The position numbers and the translations under genes are program-made. The notes under the pieces are model-generated. The model worked only from the letters and a program-made list of their open reading frames with translations, was not told where the DNA came from and ran no database searches. A stretch of DNA of 35,983 nt from a virus: the IMG/VR virus record IMGVR_UViG_3300045988_044847, positions 1-35,983 of that record; one strand, 5' to 3'. Shown in pieces: positions 31,760 to 35,983 of the stretch (position 1 is its first letter; the number at the start of each line of letters is the position of its first letter).

Positions 31760-33760
31760 TTAATCTTTCTTATAATAATTACTAGTGAATCCTTCTGCCT
31801 TCAACGGAATACCGAAAGCGTCCGCCCATTTTGGCGTAGCTGCCATGGCTTCGCAAATCTCTTTAAGTGACACGGTTGGCTCGCCAAAATCATCTAAAGG
31901 CGTTTCGTTAACGGTTTCGTCGTGGATATGCCCCACGATCTTAACAGCCGGGTAACGTTTTACAATCTCTTGCATACCGTATGCCAATAGGTCACGGCTG
32001 ACTGCCTGCGTTATATTCTCGGTTAGCTTTCCGCCGTATGTGTCTAGATCCGCCCACTTTCCGGTAAGGTCTTGCCCCTTGTACGTAATCACCTCGCGAT
32101 CACGTCCGTGCACGTTTTTTGTGGTGATCCGGCAAAACGGGTAAAACAAACGGCGCCCCGAAGGTAATAAAATTGCTAGAGAATTATTTTCTTTAAACCA
32201 TTGAAATGTACAAACGTGCACACCGTACCGGATAACTTGCACGTCCTTTTTGTTCCTGATACAGAGTTTCGCCCGGCTGTCTAGGGCTTCCCAAAACTCT
32301 ACGACACGTGGAGAAGCCGCGCGCCATCTCAATATAATATCCTTGTACAACGCCGGGTCAATTGCCTTTTCATAGTCCATCGTAGACATAGCGCCCACCC
32401 AACCGCCATAGCCTAATGCAAGCTCGGTTACCTTACCCTGCTGGCGGTAATGCGTTCCTTTTCCGCACTCTTCTACTGGTAGTCCGAACGTCATACTAGC
32501 GGAAACGGCGTAGATGTCCTTGCTATGTCTGAAAGCATCTATGCGCCACTCTTCACGGCAAAGACAAGCCAGTACGCGGGCTTCGATGGCTGAATAGTCG
32601 GCGATATGGAACGTAGTTCCCTCGGGGGCTACAAACGTGGTTCTGATAAGCTGCGATAACGTGTCAGGCACATTCCCCCAAAACAGTTCGAAGTCCTGCA
32701 AACACATATGTTTAACGTTCTCGCGCGCTCCGTCCAGGTCGTGTATGTAGTTACGTGGTAAATTTTGCATCTGAACCAATCTCCCCGCCCATCTGCCAGT
32801 ACGTCCCGCGCCGTAAAATCTATATAAACCGTGTACGCGTCCGTCGAAGCACACGCAATTGCGCATCGCGGTATACTTGGCGTTGCTCGTCTTGTTTATG
32901 ATCTTCCGGGCGTTCAAAACCTCGTCTACTCGCTCGTTATCGCACTCGGCTATGATAGCGTCTATGTCCTCTTTGCGGAATGAATCAAAGTTTTTTCCGG
33001 TTTGGATCAATACAAAATCCTTAAGTTGTAATGTAGATTTTAAAGAAGATATACCGTACTTCGTCTTAATCCGGTTTTTCAACTCTTCGCAAAATTCCTC
33101 GTTCAGAGCGTCCGCGCGTTCGGCTAGTTCCATGTCAACGGCGATCCCGTTGTCGTTAATGTCCTGGTCCAGTCTATACAGGTCTATTTCTGACTGTGGG
33201 AAATTACAGTAGTCAAGGCGCGCCAGTGCTTCACGTTCTGAAAGAATATCATAACGTAGATAATCTATAAACTCCTCCCATTTATCGGGAAAGTCTTTCG
33301 AATAATTCCGGTAATCTTCCGGGTTCGCTTTAGTCGGCTTCTGTGGTTGGCAAAAGAATTTTATCAGGGCTAGACCCGTACCTTTTTTGCCCTCTTTCAA
33401 GTCCAGTGCTTTAGAAAGGTTTCCCAGGCTTTCGGGGAATCCGGCGTATAATGCCATAGTTGCGGTACACAAGAAACGTTCCGCGGGAATGTCTATGCCG
33501 TATGCCTTCAAACACAAGCGTTCAAATTGTGCATTGTGCGCTACGATCGTGTATTGTTCATCTAGTATCAAGTTGGTGAAGTCCGCAAATTGATCGTAGG
33601 CATCTAATCTAGTCATATCAACGATATGAACAGGTCCTGCGCCGACCGCGTAGCCGATAAGGAGTATCTCGAAGTCCGGCGATTGCGTGTATCTGTACGC
33701 GCCGCCGCTCTTAATGTCCTCGCTTGAATAAGTTTCAAAATCTATAAAAATTGGTTTCAT
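31760..33760 (-). CDS. Family A DNA polymerase with 3'-5' exonuclease domain, 666 aa
   Basis: Exo I FIDFETYS, Exo II AHNAQFERLCL and Exo III YLRYDILSE. Pol motif A is ADYSAIEARVLA, motif B is RQQGKVTELALGYGG and motif C is GHIHDETV. Confidence 0.93.
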   Translation of the reverse strand: MKPIFIDFETYSSEDIKSGGAYRYTQSPDFEILLIGYAVGAGPVHIVDMTRLDAYDQFADFTNLILDEQYTIVAHNAQFERLCLKAYGIDIPAERFLCTATMALYAGFPESLGNLSKALDLKEGKKGTGLALIKFFCQPQKPTKANPEDYRNYSKDFPDKWEEFIDYLRYDILSEREALARLDYCNFPQSEIDLYRLDQDINDNGIAVDMELAERADALNEEFCEELKNRIKTKYGISSLKSTLQLKDFVLIQTGKNFDSFRKEDIDAIIAECDNERVDEVLNARKIINKTSNAKYTAMRNCVCFDGRVHGLYRFYGAGRTGRWAGRLVQMQNLPRNYIHDLDGARENVKHMCLQDFELFWGNVPDTLSQLIRTTFVAPEGTTFHIADYSAIEARVLACLCREEWRIDAFRHSKDIYAVSASMTFGLPVEECGKGTHYRQQGKVTELALGYGGWVGAMSTMDYEKAIDPALYKDIILRWRAASPRVVEFWEALDSRAKLCIRNKKDVQVIRYGVHVCTFQWFKENNSLAILLPSGRRLFYPFCRITTKNVHGRDREVITYKGQDLTGKWADLDTYGGKLTENITQAVSRDLLAYGMQEIVKRYPAVKIVGHIHDETVNETPLDDFGEPTVSLKEICEAMAATPKWADAFGIPLKAEGFTSNYYKKD

Positions 33761-33783
33761 GTCTTCTAGGGGTTTTTAAAGTT

Positions 33784-33815
33784 AAAGCCGTGCCGCTTCT
33801 ACTCGGCACGGCTTT
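33784..33815 (-). terminator. Perfect 12-bp hairpin (AAAGCCGTGCCG-8nt-CGGCACGGCTTT) between the SSB and polymerase genes; attenuator or terminator candidate
   Basis: Seen directly. T-rich flanks occur on both strands. Confidence 0.5.
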
Positions 33816-33881
33816 TGAAAATCATTTTACACTTGTTTTAACGAGATTGATTAATAATTAATTTAATTGTTTATACTTGTT

Positions 33882-34448
33882 TTAGTTGAAATCTGCTAGA
33901 TCGTCGTTTTCGTCCTCCAAATTCTCGAAGTCGTTGACGCTTGATCCGCCGTCCAGCCTATCATCATCGGTTACTTTCTGTATTCCGTTCAATCCGGCTG
34001 TAATACCGCGGTTGTCGGCGCTCATATTGTAACCGTACAATGAGATGGAAGCCACGCCCCAAGAGCCGGAATACATATCCTCCTTCACCGTGATCGGGCG
34101 TTTACCTTTGTCGATTACGATCGGTTGCCCGTGTTCCTCTTTGCGTTTTGCGGTAATGTAGTACATACCTTCATATCCGGCTTGTCCTTCTTTCTCCGGC
34201 GCGTCGCCATCCCGTAATGGGCTTTTGTAATTTTCCGGTACGCGTCCCTTAAATTTCGGGTCCCTTGAAAAATAATCCTGTGCTTCTGCCTTAACCGCGT
34301 CATTAATTTGCTTAACTAGTGCGGTGTCAGTCTTAGGGATCAAAAGTACAACACTATAATTAGATTCGCCCACACCCTGATATTGTTCCGGTTCAAAAAC
34401 TCTTACATAAGAGAAACGCACGTTTTTTAAGATCAATTTTCTACTCAT
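33882..34448 (-). CDS. Single-stranded DNA-binding protein (DUF2815-like phage SSB), 188 aa; start trimmed to MSRKLILKNVRFSY
   Basis: The N-terminal LKNVRFSYVRVFEP is typical of this family. The acidic C-tail is DFENLEDENDDLADFN. The track start at 34475 would lie inside promoter P5. Confidence 0.8.
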   Translation of the reverse strand: MSRKLILKNVRFSYVRVFEPEQYQGVGESNYSVVLLIPKTDTALVKQINDAVKAEAQDYFSRDPKFKGRVPENYKSPLRDGDAPEKEGQAGYEGMYYITAKRKEEHGQPIVIDKGKRPITVKEDMYSGSWGVASISLYGYNMSADNRGITAGLNGIQKVTDDDRLDGGSSVNDFENLEDENDDLADFN

Positions 34449-34472
34449 AATTTTTAAGATTTTAATTCGGTT

Positions 34473-34502
34473 CAAAGATATTACTTTATTTTAAACTTCA
34501 AA
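34473..34502 (-). promoter_or_regulatory. Promoter P5: TTTG-N18-TATCTTTG upstream of the SSB gene
   Basis: Minus strand reads CGGTTTGAAGTTTAAAATAAAGTAATATCTTTGAACCGAATTAAAATCTTAAAAATTATG. Confidence 0.65.
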
Positions 34503-34538
34503 CCGTTTATACACTATTTAATTGTTTTTTAACGTCTG

Positions 34539-35702
34539 TTAGCCTTCTACGTCGAAGTCGCAAAGCGGGCTGTATTCCACGCCCTTAGCGCTTTCCGGCA
34601 CTAGCTTTGGCGCACCGGGTCGTGATTCGATCGCGTCTCCGAACCTCGCGCTAAATACCTTTTCGCCTACCAGCTTTTCGAGATCTCCGATACCCTTTAA
34701 CTTGATGTTTAAAACCTCGTCCTCGAGGAACTCGTTTAGAAGCGCTTGGCGTATCTTTGCCTCGTCCTTGATAACTCGGCTGGATCTACCCGCCACGAGC
34801 TCGTAACCCTCCCATTTGTATCCCTGTATCGCTCTATCGTATACGTACTTATTAACTGATTCAATCCAACTTTTGTACGTGTCGATCTTGCCAATTAGGT
34901 CTACTACCTCCTCGTCAGACAATAACAGAGGTTCGGGCTTTTCGTCGAAATCTGCGAGTATTGCATCGCGTTGCGCCCTGCATTGCGCTTTAACCGGGCA
35001 AAAACCGCACCAACTTCCGATAACCTGTTTTCCTGCACCCTGTATCGCCATTTTTGCGGCTGGTTTTAGGACTTTCTCCGCCCACGCTAACAAATCCTTC
35101 TTAGACATTTCGAACGTGTCGTAGTGGTCTAATCTGACTTGTGCGATAGTCATTCGAATTTTCTCGATATGATCCGATTCCAGGCTCTTAAGAGTTCCAA
35201 GGGCGTACATTAACATCTGTTCGTTCATGTCGGCGTACACCTTCACGCCCGCTCCGTACTTCAAATCTATGATGTGTATCGTCTTGTCAGATACTAGCGT
35301 AACGTCTACCGATCCGAACGAATCCGGCGCGAAGTCTGTAATGTCTACTTTACGCTCTAGGAACATTTTGCTTAAACCGTCCGCCTTCTGCATCTCATAA
35401 TTTTCACCAATAACATAATCGCAATAGTCGCGAATGTAATTCGCCATATCGATACTAAACAGCGGGTTTTTAAGATGTTCGTCTTTGATTGGCGGGGCTT
35501 CGTCTATGATCGGATCGTATGCTCCTTCCAAGTATTTAGTCAAAGCATATTCGGCTATTTCGTGGGCTAGCGTGCCCTCTTCGGCGTAAACGCTTGACTT
35601 GCTGCCTGCGGCTTCCGCCAGTAGCGCCGATGGGGTACAATTGATCCATCGTTTCGCGCTACTCGGCGATAAAATCGCGTGATCTCTTTCTGCGTGTCCC
35701 AT
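34539..35702 (-). CDS. PD-(D/E)XK exonuclease, Cas4-like with a Cys cluster (DUF2800-like), 387 aa
   Basis: The nuclease core is DVTLVS...IHIIDLKYG. Cysteines are WINC (N-terminal) plus CGFCPVKAQC (C-x2-C-x5-C), typical of a Cas4-type 4Fe-4S cluster. Confidence 0.85.
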   Translation of the reverse strand: MGHAERDHAILSPSSAKRWINCTPSALLAEAAGSKSSVYAEEGTLAHEIAEYALTKYLEGAYDPIIDEAPPIKDEHLKNPLFSIDMANYIRDYCDYVIGENYEMQKADGLSKMFLERKVDITDFAPDSFGSVDVTLVSDKTIHIIDLKYGAGVKVYADMNEQMLMYALGTLKSLESDHIEKIRMTIAQVRLDHYDTFEMSKKDLLAWAEKVLKPAAKMAIQGAGKQVIGSWCGFCPVKAQCRAQRDAILADFDEKPEPLLLSDEEVVDLIGKIDTYKSWIESVNKYVYDRAIQGYKWEGYELVAGRSSRVIKDEAKIRQALLNEFLEDEVLNIKLKGIGDLEKLVGEKVFSARFGDAIESRPGAPKLVPESAKGVEYSPLCDFDVEG

Positions 35703-35983
35703 TACAAACGAGTTGAGATGTATTCGATGAATTCCGCAAACATAGATTCCTTAAGCGTTGGGAAAGACGTTGCGCCTACCTGTTCAAATGCTTCTTGCAC
35801 TAAGGGACGTTTCTTTGCGTTTAGAGCCTTCATCGCCCATTGCTTACACTCGTCTATTGTGTGCTCCGTTTCGGTCTTAGCGGACTTCTCTACGGGTGCC
35901 GCAGGTGCTTTAGGGGCTGGTGCTGGTTCTTCCACCGGTGCAACTACTTCTTCCACCGGTGCAACTACTTCTTCCACCGGTGC
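35702..35983 (-). CDS. Junction-spanning early protein, 3' part (unique portion 35702..35928); continues from 1..343
   Basis: Frame continuity across the junction (see 1..343). The C-terminal domain is ...EHTIDECKQWAMKALNAKKRPLVQEAFEQVGATSFPTLKESMFAEFIEYISTRL. Confidence 0.75.
   Translation of the reverse strand, partial: APVEEVVAPVEEVVAPVEEPAPAPKAPAAPVEKSAKTETEHTIDECKQWAMKALNAKKRPLVQEAFEQVGATSFPTLKESMFAEFIEYISTRL
35929..35983. repeat. Terminal overlap, identical to 1..55
   Basis: Exact match by direct comparison. Confidence 0.95.

Larger units (their letters stand above)
1..35983 (-). mobile_element. Complete circularly closed tailed dsDNA phage genome (unique length 35,928 bp); host predicted to be Bacteroidota
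   Basis: Ends are identical over 55 nt and an ORF is in phase across the junction. A full set of phage replication, packaging, head, tail and lysis genes is present, all on the minus strand. Promoters are of the Bacteroidota type and one tail protein has BACON-type repeats. Confidence 0.85.

Noticed and set aside
1-35983. Stop-codon reassignment, as seen in some gut phages.
   Set aside because: Long uninterrupted ORFs with recognisable domains are obtained with the standard code. TAA (for example 6167), TAG (19517, 21981) and TGA (340, 2116, 25407) all act as terminators at tightly packed gene junctions.

Overview
The window appears to be one complete, circularly closed genome of a tailed dsDNA phage (Caudoviricetes). 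The first 55 nt are identical to the last 55 nt, leaving 35,928 bp of unique sequence. An ORF reads in phase across that junction. All roughly 50 credible genes lie on the minus strand; every plus-strand ORF in the track is a shadow of a minus-strand gene. Two large AT-rich non-coding regions (about 837-1540 and 21379-21980) split the genome into two modules. (i) The early/replication module runs 1033 -> 1, wraps the junction, then 35928 -> 21981. It encodes an HTH protein, a Cas4-like PD-(D/E)XK nuclease, an SSB, a family A DNA polymerase, a VirE-type primase/helicase, a VRR-NUC nuclease, a Dam-like methyltransferase, an SNF2 helicase and many small or membrane ORFs. (ii) The late module runs 21378 -> 1541 and encodes terminase, tail fibre and baseplate proteins, tape measure, protease-scaffold, major capsid, three tandem paralogs, portal, adaptor, holin, M15 endolysin and a spanin-like protein. 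Several promoters match the Bacteroidota consensus (TTTG-N18/19-TAnnTTTG) exactly, and one tail protein carries BACON-type repeats, so the host is probably a Bacteroidota bacterium. I saw no integrase, repressor, tRNA, CRISPR array or reverse transcriptase. The points most worth a second look are: the morphogenesis gene order, which is unusual if the functional calls hold; a conserved ~100-nt element present once in each large non-coding region; a duplicated promoter/small-gene/hairpin cassette; an ORF-less promoter-to-terminator unit with a 30-nt exact repeat (candidate sRNA or attenuator); and the triplicated structural paralogs. All functional calls rest on motif recognition by eye; no database search was possible.
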